Source: a virus
Lineage: Duplodnaviria > Heunggongvirae > Uroviricota > Caudoviricetes
Strand: one strand, 5' to 3'
DNA: 49,646 nt
IMG/VR virus record: IMGVR_UViG_2740892231_000005
Below, piece by piece: positions 1 through 8,649 of this stretch; position 1 is the stretch's first letter; each line of letters opens with the position of its first letter. The notes beneath the pieces are model-generated. The model had not been told where the DNA came from. It did not search any database and worked only from the letters and a program-made list of their open reading frames with translations. The translations under genes and the position numbers were made by a program.

Positions 1-55
1 GACAAAAGTCGGGCGGGATATTCTTGCGAAATCGACCGTTGCTGCCGTTATCGAA
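1..55 (+). repeat. Inverted duplicate of the 3' end of the tail-fibre constant region (reverse complement of 2955..3009), encoding [18 protein letters not shown]
   Basis: Exact match by eye to the reverse complement of 2955..3009; translation identical to residues of the 1929..4310 fibre. Confidence 0.8.
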
Positions 56-190
56 TTTTTTTTTTTTGTAGAACTCGGCACAAGCGGGGAGAAAATACCG
101 TTACTCAGTACAGCGAATACCTGGNNNNNNNNNNGAGAACTCGGCACAAGCGGGGAGAAAATACCGTTACTCAGTACAGCGAATACCTGG
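56..190 (+). other. Anomalous junction: T12 homopolymer (56..67), 55-bp exact direct repeat (70..124 and 136..190) flanking an N10 gap (125..134)
   Basis: Seen directly in sequence; the reading frame stays open across it (FFFF, VELGTSGEKIPLLSTANTW). Confidence 0.9.
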
Positions 191-835
191 ACTAATAGAC
201 AAACATTCAGCGGTGGCCTTTCTGGGGAACTGTCCGGCAATGCCGCTACTGCAACAAAGCTGAAAACAGCACGAAAAATTGCTGGAGTTGGTTTTGATGG
301 TTCTAGCGATATTTCAATTAGTGCCAAAAATGTCAATGCATTTGCACTCCGACAAACAGGTAATACTGTTAATGGTGATACATCCGTTGGATGGAATTGG
401 GATAGTGGTGCATATAACGCCCTGATTGGTGGTGCATCTGCATTAATTCTTCACTTTAATATAAATGCTGGTAGCTGTCCTGCCGTACAATTCCGTGTGA
501 ATTATAAAAATGGTGGCATTTCCTACAGGTCGGCTCGTGATGGTTATGGGTTTGAATTAGGTTGGTCAGATTTCTATACCACGACACGAAAACCTTCAGC
601 GGGAGATGTTGGTGCATATACGCGGGCAGAATGTAACTCAAGGTTTATTACAGGTATTCGCCTTGGCGGTCTGTCATCTGTTCAGACATGGAATGGTCCC
701 GGCTGGTCTGACAGGTCAGGTTATGTCGTTACGGGTTCAGTTAACGGAAACCGTGATGAATTAATTGATACAACACAGGCAAGGCCAATTCAGTATTGCA
801 TTAATGGGACGTGGTATAACGCGGGGAGTATTTAA
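191..835 (+). CDS. Tail-fibre variable C-terminal cassette (Sv'-like), no start codon of its own; in frame with the upstream Sc fragment from position 2
   Basis: Frame-2 ORF open from position 2 to stop at 835; ends ...QYCINGTWYNAGSI, paralogous to the C-terminus of the 1929..4310 fibre (...[13 protein letters not shown]); SGGL motif near the N-terminus. Confidence 0.6.
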   Translation, partial: TNRQTFSGGLSGELSGNAATATKLKTARKIAGVGFDGSSDISISAKNVNAFALRQTGNTVNGDTSVGWNWDSGAYNALIGGASALILHFNINAGSCPAVQFRVNYKNGGISYRSARDGYGFELGWSDFYTTTRKPSAGDVGAYTRAECNSRFITGIRLGGLSSVQTWNGPGWSDRSGYVVTGSVNGNRDELIDTTQARPIQYCINGTWYNAGSI

Positions 836-837
836 CG

Positions 838-1371
838 ATGATGCACTTAAAAAACATTACTGCTGGCAACCCTAAAACAAAAGAGCAATACCAGCTAACA
901 AAGCAATTTAACATCAAATGGCTTTATTCAGATGATGGAAAAAACTGGTATGAGGAACAAAAGAATTTTCAGCCAGACACTTTGAAAATGGTCTATGACC
1001 ATAACGGCGTTATTATTTGTATTGAAAAGGATGTTTCAGCAATTAATCCGGAAGGCGCAAGCGTCGTTGAATTACCTGATATTACAGCAAATCGCCGGGC
1101 TGATATTTCGGGGAAATGGTTGTTCAAAGATGGCGTAGTGATAAAGCGAACTTATACCGAGGAAGAGCAGAGGCAACAAGCGGAAAATGAAAAGCAAAGC
1201 CTGTTGCAACTTGTCAGGGATAAAACCCAGCTATGGGACTCACAGCTACGGCTGGGCATCATTTCCGACGAGAATAAACAAAAATTAACCGAGTGGATGC
1301 TCTATGCGCAGAAAGTCGAATCTACAGACACCTCCAGCCTGCCAGTAACATTTCCCGAACAACCTGAATGA
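838..1371 (+). CDS. Tail fibre assembly chaperone (Tfa/gpU family), partner of the Sv' cassette
   Basis: 177 aa starting MMHLKNITAGN; full-length paralogue of the 1400..1927 product; sits directly after a fibre C-terminal cassette. Confidence 0.8.
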   Translation: MMHLKNITAGNPKTKEQYQLTKQFNIKWLYSDDGKNWYEEQKNFQPDTLKMVYDHNGVIICIEKDVSAINPEGASVVELPDITANRRADISGKWLFKDGVVIKRTYTEEEQRQQAENEKQSLLQLVRDKTQLWDSQLRLGIISDENKQKLTEWMLYAQKVESTDTSSLPVTFPEQPE

Positions 1372-1399
1372 GACAAGGCCCGATAGCGGGCCTTAATTT

Positions 1400-1927
1400 T
1401 TATTCAGGCTTTTGTGGCCATTCAGGATTTGCCGTATCCACACGGCTGACCAGAACACTGTAGCGTTCCCATGCTTCCAGTCGTGTGCGTTCCTCATCCG
1501 TTGCCATATTCAGCCTGACAGCGCGTTCCAGTGGCTGAATAACGCTTTCTGCTTCGGAAAGTAACGCGGCCTTTTGTGATTCGGCCTGTTGTTGCTGTTC
1601 ATCTGCCGTATAAATCCGTTTAACCACAGCTCCGTCCTTAAACATCCACTTACCGGAATCATCGGCCCGACGATTGGCCGTTATATCGGGAACCTCAACG
1701 ACGCTAAAACCTTCAGGGTTAAGCGTGGATGCATCTTTGGTGATGGCGACAATAATATTATTTTCATCGTAAACAATCTTTATTGTGTCTGGCTGAAAGT
1801 TTTTTAATTCCTCATACCAGTTTTTTCCGTCCTCAGAGTAAAGCCAGATAACTCCGTGTTTCTTTGTTAACTCATACTGTTCCAGTGTTTTAGCGTTACC
1901 CGCTTTTATGTTCTTTAAGTGCATCAT
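1400..1927 (-). CDS. Tail fibre assembly chaperone (Tfa/gpU family)
   Basis: 175 aa starting [11 protein letters not shown]; immediately downstream of the tail fibre gene; convergent with the 838..1371 paralogue as in Mu G or P1 C segments. Confidence 0.85.
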   Translation of the reverse strand: MMHLKNIKAGNAKTLEQYELTKKHGVIWLYSEDGKNWYEELKNFQPDTIKIVYDENNIIVAITKDASTLNPEGFSVVEVPDITANRRADDSGKWMFKDGAVVKRIYTADEQQQQAESQKAALLSEAESVIQPLERAVRLNMATDEERTRLEAWERYSVLVSRVDTANPEWPQKPE

Positions 1928-1928
1928 A

Positions 1929-4310
1929 TTAAACGCTCGCTACATTATACCAGGTGCCATTTATATACTTTTGAACGGGTCTGTAATAAACGCCCGCTAT
2001 ATTATCGGCAGAGTTGGACCCTGTATCCTGAACATTAATACCAGACAATACATGACCTGACGGGCACTGGAAATTCCATGTTTGCCAGTTGTTCACTCCA
2101 TAATATTGCTGTGAACCAAGTCGAACATCTTTCACATATCTGGAATCAAAATTGCCATAGTTGCCGGGAATAACTTGCGAGCCGCAAAGCCAGTTCCCGT
2201 TATTATCCATGTACGCCTGACCATCGGTACCATTGGCTGTCCTTGAGTTATTAATCATGTAGATGCCAAATTGCTTATTTCCCAGCCCACCAATCATAAA
2301 TTTGCGATCAGCATGGTCCTGACGAAGTAATGCCTGCGCACCATCGGTGGATACCGCATTGCGTCCCAAAATAACATTCTGGTCACGCATATGAATCCAC
2401 ATGCCGGTACTACTGTTAATTGCAAAACGGTTTGCAAATATATCCCCTGTAACATCAAGACCATGCCCCATGCTTATCCGACCAGTTCTAAGATTAAGCG
2501 TAAAGGGGCGTAGTGGCCCTATATCACCATTTTCTCCCTCGTTCTCTCGTGTAGGGATGATATGCAGGCATTCTTCAGAACGGCGAAAAATGGCACCAAA
2601 AGATGAATTAAATATCCTCAGTGCATTGACTGTCGATATTTTTACTTCACTGCTGAAAAGGGCTTTAACAAGAACAGACAAAGCATCCCATTTAAGATTC
2701 ATCAGGTCTTTTGTTGTGGTGCTTTGTTTGCTTCTCCATTTGAAATATTCATTGCCGTTGTCGCCTGTTTCAAACCACATGTATGAATCAGTGTCGCTGT
2801 CGGCATCATTTTTAAATCCAATCTTTGCCCAGTCAGTATTTCGAATCCAGGCAAGAATTGAGTCATTTTCAAAAGTAAGCCCACCGGACAAGGTATCGCC
2901 TGTCTTTTGAACAGCGTTACCAGCCTTGTTTACCGTTTCCTGTAAACCGAGGTATTCGATAACGGCAGCAACGGTCGATTTCGCAAGAATATCCCGCCCG
3001 ACTTTTGTCAGGGTTGCCAGGCTAGCGACATCATTCCCCGTAAAATACGGAAACTTGTCTGCCGCAGTAGCAAGCCCGGCCAGCGCCGTCAGGGTGGCAT
3101 CTTTCGGTTGCTTACCCGCAAGCGCGTTAGTCATGGTGGTCGCAAAATTCGGGTCGTTTCCCAGCGCCGCCGCTAACTCGTTCAGCGTATTCAGTGCGTC
3201 AGGTGACGAGTCCACGAGGGCAGCGATCGCAGCCATAACGAAAGCCGTGCTTGCGATTTGGGTATTATTCGTTCCCTGTCGCGCAGTTGGCGTTGTTGGC
3301 GTTCCGGTCAACGCAGGACTGTTTAAGGGCGCTTTCTTGTTCGTTTCATCCATTACCGCCTTGACCGCTTTCGATGTCGCGGCCAGTGTTTCAGACGTGC
3401 TGTTGGTGGAACTACTGAGCTGAGTTATTCCCCTTACAGTCAGTGAAGCTACAGGCACATTTGTTATCTGCTCCCACGAATGCGTGTGATTGGACGGAGC
3501 CTTTCCGGCCGCAAGATCATACGCTGCCTTAACAGCCTTTGGTGTTGCTGCTAGCGTTTCAGACGTGCTGTTGGTGGCACTACTGAGCTGAACAATCCCT
3601 TTTCGCGCTGTGGTAGCGTCCTGTGCGGTGTATTTGCCATTAGCCAGGTCATATGCTGCCTTAACAGCCTTAGGCGTCGCAGCAAGCGTTTCAGACGAGC
3701 TATTGGTGGCGCTGCTAAGTTGAACAAAGCCTTTTGAGGTTAAAGTTGCATCAGGATGATTACGTGATTGTTCATGTTTCACAATGGCTTGCTTAAGCCG
3801 CTTTGCTGAAACAGCAAGGGAATCATCTGTACCGTCATCAATTTCTTGTTCATTGGCAAATCTTGCAACCCCAACAACAGTTTCGGTTGCGGGAGGATTA
3901 ATAAACTCAATATCACCAAATGTAATATTTTTAGTATCAAGAGTCTTGATTGCTATGTCACTTGATATTAAAGCAATAGTAGATGATGCTTTATTTATTA
4001 TTGCTTGTTCTTGCGAGTATACAGCAAACAACGTTCCCTTATTTGTATACAATCCTATTGTATGGACAACATACTCATCTTTACTATCATCCTTCGCCGT
4101 TACATGAATTGTATCAGGGGAAACAACTTTGCCACCTATTGTGGTAAGTCGTTTTATTTCGTTTGTTATATTTGTTTGTGAAGTTGACGTGACATAATAT
4201 CTACTACCTAAACCAACAGAAACAATCTCAACTTTATTTGTTCCTGTTTTGTTGGCATTAACCAGCTCCTGACGCCCGGCGTCAGTCATCGTAAATAATA
4301 ATTTACTCAC
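1929..4310 (-). CDS. Tail fibre protein (constant N-terminal part 2963..4310, variable C-terminal part 1929..2936)
   Basis: 793 aa; three copies of the fibre repeat (QLSSATNS[ST][18 protein letters not shown]); crossover site embedded at codons AAVIE|[10 protein letters not shown]. Confidence 0.9.
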   Translation of the reverse strand: MSKLLFTMTDAGRQELVNANKTGTNKVEIVSVGLGSRYYVTSTSQTNITNEIKRLTTIGGKVVSPDTIHVTAKDDSKDEYVVHTIGLYTNKGTLFAVYSQEQAIINKASSTIALISSDIAIKTLDTKNITFGDIEFINPPATETVVGVARFANEQEIDDGTDDSLAVSAKRLKQAIVKHEQSRNHPDATLTSKGFVQLSSATNSSSETLAATPKAVKAAYDLANGKYTAQDATTARKGIVQLSSATNSTSETLAATPKAVKAAYDLAAGKAPSNHTHSWEQITNVPVASLTVRGITQLSSSTNSTSETLAATSKAVKAVMDETNKKAPLNSPALTGTPTTPTARQGTNNTQIASTAFVMAAIAALVDSSPDALNTLNELAAALGNDPNFATTMTNALAGKQPKDATLTALAGLATAADKFPYFTGNDVASLATLTKVGRDILAKSTVAAVIEYLGLQETVNKAGNAVQKTGDTLSGGLTFENDSILAWIRNTDWAKIGFKNDADSDTDSYMWFETGDNGNEYFKWRSKQSTTTKDLMNLKWDALSVLVKALFSSEVKISTVNALRIFNSSFGAIFRRSEECLHIIPTRENEGENGDIGPLRPFTLNLRTGRISMGHGLDVTGDIFANRFAINSSTGMWIHMRDQNVILGRNAVSTDGAQALLRQDHADRKFMIGGLGNKQFGIYMINNSRTANGTDGQAYMDNNGNWLCGSQVIPGNYGNFDSRYVKDVRLGSQQYYGVNNWQTWNFQCPSGHVLSGINVQDTGSNSADNIAGVYYRPVQKYINGTWYNVASV
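2886..2952. repeat. Inverted repeat, copy A (matches the reverse complement of 49580..49646)
   Basis: 67-bp exact inverted identity checked by eye; encodes the shared N-terminus of the variable cassettes ([20 protein letters not shown]). Confidence 0.85.
2937..2962. promoter_or_regulatory. gix/cix-like 26-bp invertase crossover site A (ttcctgtaaacc ga ggtattcgataa)
   Basis: Near-identical to the known Gin crossover site (TTCCTGTAAACCGAGGTTTTGGATAA, recalled from memory); lies at the constant/variable junction of the fibre gene. Confidence 0.7.
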
Positions 4311-4340
4311 GCTTAATTCCTTGAATTAACAAATTGCGAA

Positions 4341-4922
4341 TTAGCACTCGCCAATTAATCGTACATAAGACACAGGCTGACAAGCACCAACAATACCGAC
4401 ACCACCAGAAACATTGGCTGCTTGCGAAAATGTAAATAATGTTCTTGCCGACTTTGCGCTCTTGATACTTCTTAACGTATCTTCCAACATCTCTTTCGAA
4501 GGAACGGCACCATCAAAAGAGTTAATCGAAGCAACAATTGAGGCTGTATATGGTTCGCCAGGTGGTGATGTTTCAAACCATTCTGTTATGTTTACCTCTC
4601 CACCCAAGCTATTTACTACATCTTCAACCGCTGCCCTTGTACCCTTTATTCGCTTTGTTCGTATTATTGATTTAAAAACAGAACGCTTTAACGATACAGG
4701 CCAACTATCCCTCCATGTATCAGCATTCCATTGCCAAGCTAAATGATCGAGAACAACTGAGTCCAGGTTATCAACAACGCTATATATTTCTGTCTTATAT
4801 ATTAAATTGTTAATTGCTTGTAGTTCATCATCAATAGCTTTCGACATAGCTATCACGTTGGGATCTCTAGCTAAGTTAGGAGGTAAAACATCCAACAAGC
4901 TAACATTAAAGATATCAGCCAT
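4341..4922 (-). CDS. Baseplate/tail protein, P2 gpI family
   Basis: 193 aa; motif LAWQWNADTW...NITEWFETSPPGEPY resembles P2 gpI (recalled); synteny J-I-H. Confidence 0.8.
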   Translation of the reverse strand: MADIFNVSLLDVLPPNLARDPNVIAMSKAIDDELQAINNLIYKTEIYSVVDNLDSVVLDHLAWQWNADTWRDSWPVSLKRSVFKSIIRTKRIKGTRAAVEDVVNSLGGEVNITEWFETSPPGEPYTASIVASINSFDGAVPSKEMLEDTLRSIKSAKSARTLFTFSQAANVSGGVGIVGACQPVSYVRLIGEC

Positions 4923-6039
4923 CCTCTAACCCCGCATACTGGCAATTTATATTTCTCTCTCTGGCGACCTGCGTCTCTCCAACTACAGTAAATACAGGAC
5001 TTGATATTTCTAATCTTTTAGCCCCGGCATTTTTTAAACGTTGAATAATTTCATCTGGATTTATATCTCTTCCCATAACCGAACGTTGCCATTGTTTATA
5101 CTCATCAAGAGCTTTCTCAACCTCACTTTGAATTAACGTTGTTCTGTTTTTGTCCGATGAGTTAATCCAGTATTTAATTATTATATCGTATTCAATGCTC
5201 TCTGGTTTCTTAACAAGAACTTTATCTGTGAATGGTCGAATATTAGTTGCAGAGAGAACGCTATTTATCTGCTCTAATAGTTCATCAGAAGGTATATCCC
5301 CGTTCTCTAACAAAGAACGGATTTCTACAGTTCCGGGCGATGGTGTATATACATTCACATCTTTTATATTCTGATTGGCTGTTCTTGTCCAATATTTATA
5401 AGAATCCTCCGGCCCTGCTGTAGACAGTTTTTCCGGCGACAGTTTTATTCTTTCAGCATAATTATCATCTGACTCTGTATCAGCACCAGAATTAGATGTT
5501 GTTAGATTCCTTACGCTGGAAACATACGGCAACGGAGTCACCAACTCGTTTATTTGCCCAGGTAAAAATCCATTCCCCGATAAGCCAGGTATAACAGCAT
5601 ATCCTGAGACTGTACCAACTGTTTTCCCAGCTGGTATTTCCAACAAAACATCTGTTTGGAAAATAACACTATTTCCAGTTGAAATTTGAGTGCCAGCAGG
5701 TATTGTATATATCCCCGATAATTTTGTTGACAGATTAAACTCAAATGTAGTCAAGGCAGATTGAGCTTCCAGCCTAGGCGTATCCGTCAGATAGCCTATA
5801 TGGTCGAGATATTCACCCCCACCATATGTAAGAAGGTTTTGTTTTGCAGAAAAATCGATAGCTTTTCTTTGCTGTATAATAATCTCACACAATGACAAGA
5901 TGAATAATCTACGTGGATCAGCAGGTGCTAATGTTTCACCTGTTATACTCTCAAAAGCCCTGATTGAACGAGTTGTTATATCAGTCGGGTTAGAATCTGC
6001 GAAAGTAATATCTGGCAAACCACCGCGCGGCAACGTCAT
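4915..6039 (-). CDS. Baseplate protein J-like (P2 gpJ / Mu gp47 family)
   Basis: 374 aa; position between the W-like and I-like genes; baseplate_J-like sequence features. Confidence 0.75.
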   Translation of the reverse strand: MTLPRGGLPDITFADSNPTDITTRSIRAFESITGETLAPADPRRLFILSLCEIIIQQRKAIDFSAKQNLLTYGGGEYLDHIGYLTDTPRLEAQSALTTFEFNLSTKLSGIYTIPAGTQISTGNSVIFQTDVLLEIPAGKTVGTVSGYAVIPGLSGNGFLPGQINELVTPLPYVSSVRNLTTSNSGADTESDDNYAERIKLSPEKLSTAGPEDSYKYWTRTANQNIKDVNVYTPSPGTVEIRSLLENGDIPSDELLEQINSVLSATNIRPFTDKVLVKKPESIEYDIIIKYWINSSDKNRTTLIQSEVEKALDEYKQWQRSVMGRDINPDEIIQRLKNAGAKRLEISSPVFTVVGETQVARERNINCQYAGLEDG

Positions 6040-6356
6040 TCTCTAACTCCTATCACAAGTTTTGGCCTAATAAAACCATCAGAAACGTCCGTTCTTTCAA
6101 AAGTAACAGAATGGATAATCGCTCTAGGCTCAAACTCACTAATTTTTTGAATTATTTCTCGTGTTGCTGTAGCAATAAAAATTGGGCTAGGGCTATCAAC
6201 AAGACTTGAATTAACTCCTAATTTTCTGGCATATGGTACAGTGCCAATCTGAGTATTAATAATAGTAGAGACATTTTGCAAAACTTCTTCTACAACTGTT
6301 TTGGGCGACCAATCAATCGAGTAAGAAGGTGATGATATGGTAAACGTATTATTCAT
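6036..6356 (-). CDS. Baseplate wedge protein, gp25/P2 gpW-like
   Basis: 106 aa; size, synteny and a TQIGTVPYARKLG motif similar to the gp25-family signature. Confidence 0.6.
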   Translation of the reverse strand: MNNTFTISSPSYSIDWSPKTVVEEVLQNVSTIINTQIGTVPYARKLGVNSSLVDSPSPIFIATATREIIQKISEFEPRAIIHSVTFERTDVSDGFIRPKLVIGVRE

Positions 6357-6820
6357 AATAATTTACCTAACGCACTTCTAGTTTTTGACTCTATATTGCC
6401 AGCAATATCAACTAATGCTTCTTTCAGAGAGGTCTGTCCGACTTCCTGTAATTTAATGCCGACGATAATCACTCGTGGATTCCCAGTTGGACCGAAATAA
6501 GTCCATGATTCCTCTATATCTGTAATTATAAAATTACCAAAATACTGAATACCAATTACAACAGGATTTACTTCCTGAATTGATTGCATTGTCCTAAGTA
6601 ATGAAAGCGCAGCCAATGGAACAATGCCAAGTGTTGTATCCAACCGCATATTAAAACTAACTTCATCCAGATCTGGACCTATATCCTCCAGAACAGGTTT
6701 AAGCCCAATAACATCATGGCGCGCTACACGACGCTTTGACGTCCTTTTAAAATTGTTGAACGTATTCACCACTATTGATGAGGCAACAAAAGGCATTGTA
6801 CCAAGCATACCCACAATCAT
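6353..6820 (-). CDS. Tail protein, P2 gpU-like (tentative)
   Basis: 155 aa; LRTMQSIQEVNPVVIG...FGPTGNPRVIIVGIKLQEV resembles the remembered P2 gpU pattern; located between V and W. Confidence 0.45.
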   Translation of the reverse strand: MIVGMLGTMPFVASSIVVNTFNNFKRTSKRRVARHDVIGLKPVLEDIGPDLDEVSFNMRLDTTLGIVPLAALSLLRTMQSIQEVNPVVIGIQYFGNFIITDIEESWTYFGPTGNPRVIIVGIKLQEVGQTSLKEALVDIAGNIESKTRSALGKLL

Positions 6821-7437
6821 GCCTGAGCCTCCGTTGTCGGAGCGTATTCCCCCTGAGCCGTGTGATGGTGGCCTTTAGATTTAATCCCATCAACATCTAT
6901 ATCACCACCAACAACCTTAACATCCCCAGAAATTGTAGCTGCAACACCTCCAGCAGAAGATCCTTTCATTCCACCTTTGAAGGTTAGTAATCCTTCAACT
7001 GTAGCATTTCCGGTAATGATGGTTTCTGGAGCATCAATAGTTACGGTTCCTGTAGCCTTAACGGTTACATCTCCGACAGCATCAACAAGGAGTAAATTAG
7101 ATTCTCTGTCTACCTCAATACGAGTTCCGTTATTAAATCTAATGACGCGTTTATTAACAGTATTAGATGGCGGCTTCTGTGTTTCATCATAAAAACTACC
7201 AAGAATAAAACCTTGTTGCGGCCCTGCGGGATGAAAGATACACAAAACTTGCTCACCAATATCTGGCATCCAGTAATCAGCATTCTTATCCGTATTTTTC
7301 ACAATAACTGATAACTTTGCCGAAGTGACGTTATCCTGATCATCGAAAGTAACTCTTGCTGTAACATCACCATCATCAATATCAGAAACAACGCCAACTC
7401 TTATAGTCTGACGTAATAATGTTTCTAAATCATTCAT
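6817..7437 (-). CDS. Baseplate spike/assembly protein V (P2 gpV / Mu gp45 family)
   Basis: 206 aa; His-rich C-terminal tip (GHHHT); synteny D-V-W-J-I. Confidence 0.75.
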   Translation of the reverse strand: MNDLETLLRQTIRVGVVSDIDDGDVTARVTFDDQDNVTSAKLSVIVKNTDKNADYWMPDIGEQVLCIFHPAGPQQGFILGSFYDETQKPPSNTVNKRVIRFNNGTRIEVDRESNLLLVDAVGDVTVKATGTVTIDAPETIITGNATVEGLLTFKGGMKGSSAGGVAATISGDVKVVGGDIDVDGIKSKGHHHTAQGEYAPTTEAQA

Positions 7438-7439
7438 AA

Positions 7440-8441
7440 TTAATACCCATTAATTACTCTTCGGACATCAATCGAGGTGGTATAACCACTAGCCCCAATT
7501 GAATGCACAGCTTTCGATATAAGATATTTTCCAGAAAATGAACCGAATCCGTCCAGATTTATAGTTACACCAGCTACCAATCTGGTGTCTCCAACCAATA
7601 CTAAAGATCCTGTATTTTGATATCTATTTTTAAGCCGCAAAGCAGCCTTTGCCTTACGTTTTGCTTCATCTAAATTAGCTACCAGTTTTCTTATCTTAAG
7701 ATTCGACCCTTCTTCTACGGATGGATCTACCCAAGTATACGAAAGCGACTTTCTTTTTTTAGGTACGCGATATTTGCACGTGCAACTTTTATACAAATCT
7801 GTAGATTGTGTGCTAAAGCTATATCTGATTATCTCATCAATACCTAACGTAAGCGTAGCGATAGGATCTTTTTGCTCAAACATCTCTTGAGCAAATATTA
7901 TTAATTGGCTATCAGTGACCTTTAACGACAACCCTTCATCCTGGCATAGTCGATGGAGAAATTTTAAATCGCTTTCCTCCATTTGATCTTCACGCGCATA
8001 ATATGGATTACTATCACCATCAATAAGAAACAACAGTTCAAGGTTAGCTAATTTAGCTATAGAGGTTGCTATATCTTTAAGAGTTGTTTTTTCCCATGCA
8101 TTACTTTTTAAATCACGTCTAATGCCTGATGAAACAGGAACAGAAACAGCAGTCACCTCAACAACAGAAGGTGGTCCAGAGCAAGTTATGCCATCTACCT
8201 GGAATTTCCCGCACTCAAGGACGATTTGATTTATAGGCTTAAAGCTCAAATCAATAAAATCACCCTTTTTAGGTGTCCAGTCTCCAGACCATTTCCCATC
8301 ATCATTTTTTAATATAATAGAAATATCATCGACCTGACCATCTTCATTATCTGTATAAGACATTGACAAAACATCAGGTGACATATGAGCGGTAATATTT
8401 ACATTCTGATATATAACATCAAAAAGCGTTTTACGTAACAC
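7440..8441 (-). CDS. Baseplate hub / late control D protein family (P2 gpD-like)
   Basis: 333 aa; position after tape measure and X; gpD-like length and sequence character. Confidence 0.7.
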   Translation of the reverse strand: MLRKTLFDVIYQNVNITAHMSPDVLSMSYTDNEDGQVDDISIILKNDDGKWSGDWTPKKGDFIDLSFKPINQIVLECGKFQVDGITCSGPPSVVEVTAVSVPVSSGIRRDLKSNAWEKTTLKDIATSIAKLANLELLFLIDGDSNPYYAREDQMEESDLKFLHRLCQDEGLSLKVTDSQLIIFAQEMFEQKDPIATLTLGIDEIIRYSFSTQSTDLYKSCTCKYRVPKKRKSLSYTWVDPSVEEGSNLKIRKLVANLDEAKRKAKAALRLKNRYQNTGSLVLVGDTRLVAGVTINLDGFGSFSGKYLISKAVHSIGASGYTTSIDVRRVINGY

Positions 8442-8649
8442 TATTGCGTCTCCACGGAGGCAAATTGTTTACTGATATTGGCATAACCGGAGCATCAGGA
8501 ACTTTAAGAATAATTCCCGCAGAAAAAAGCACCGTAAAGCGGTGCTCAGTATTAGCATCAATAAGAAGATAAGACAGGTACTCATTACCATACAACTTTA
8601 ACGCGATACTATCCCATGAGTCCCCTTGAACCGTTCTATAATCATCCAA
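8431..8649 (-). CDS. Tail protein X-like (LysM-like)
   Basis: 72 aa; VQGDSWDSIALKLYGNE resembles P2 gpX (QGDTLDAICVRYYG, recalled). Confidence 0.55.
   Translation of the reverse strand: MDDYRTVQGDSWDSIALKLYGNEYLSYLLIDANTEHRFTVLFSAGIILKVPDAPVMPISVNNLPPWRRNSVT

Noticed and set aside
456-641. 61-aa ORF on the minus strand inside the Sv' fibre cassette
   Set aside because: Antisense to a much longer, homology-supported fibre reading frame; no RBS or conservation argument.
2401-3423. Plus-strand ORFs of 165-169 aa (2401..2910, 2926..3423) inside the tail fibre gene
   Set aside because: Lie entirely antisense within the 793-aa tail fibre gene; low-complexity Ser/Ala/Val-rich translations typical of shadow ORFs.
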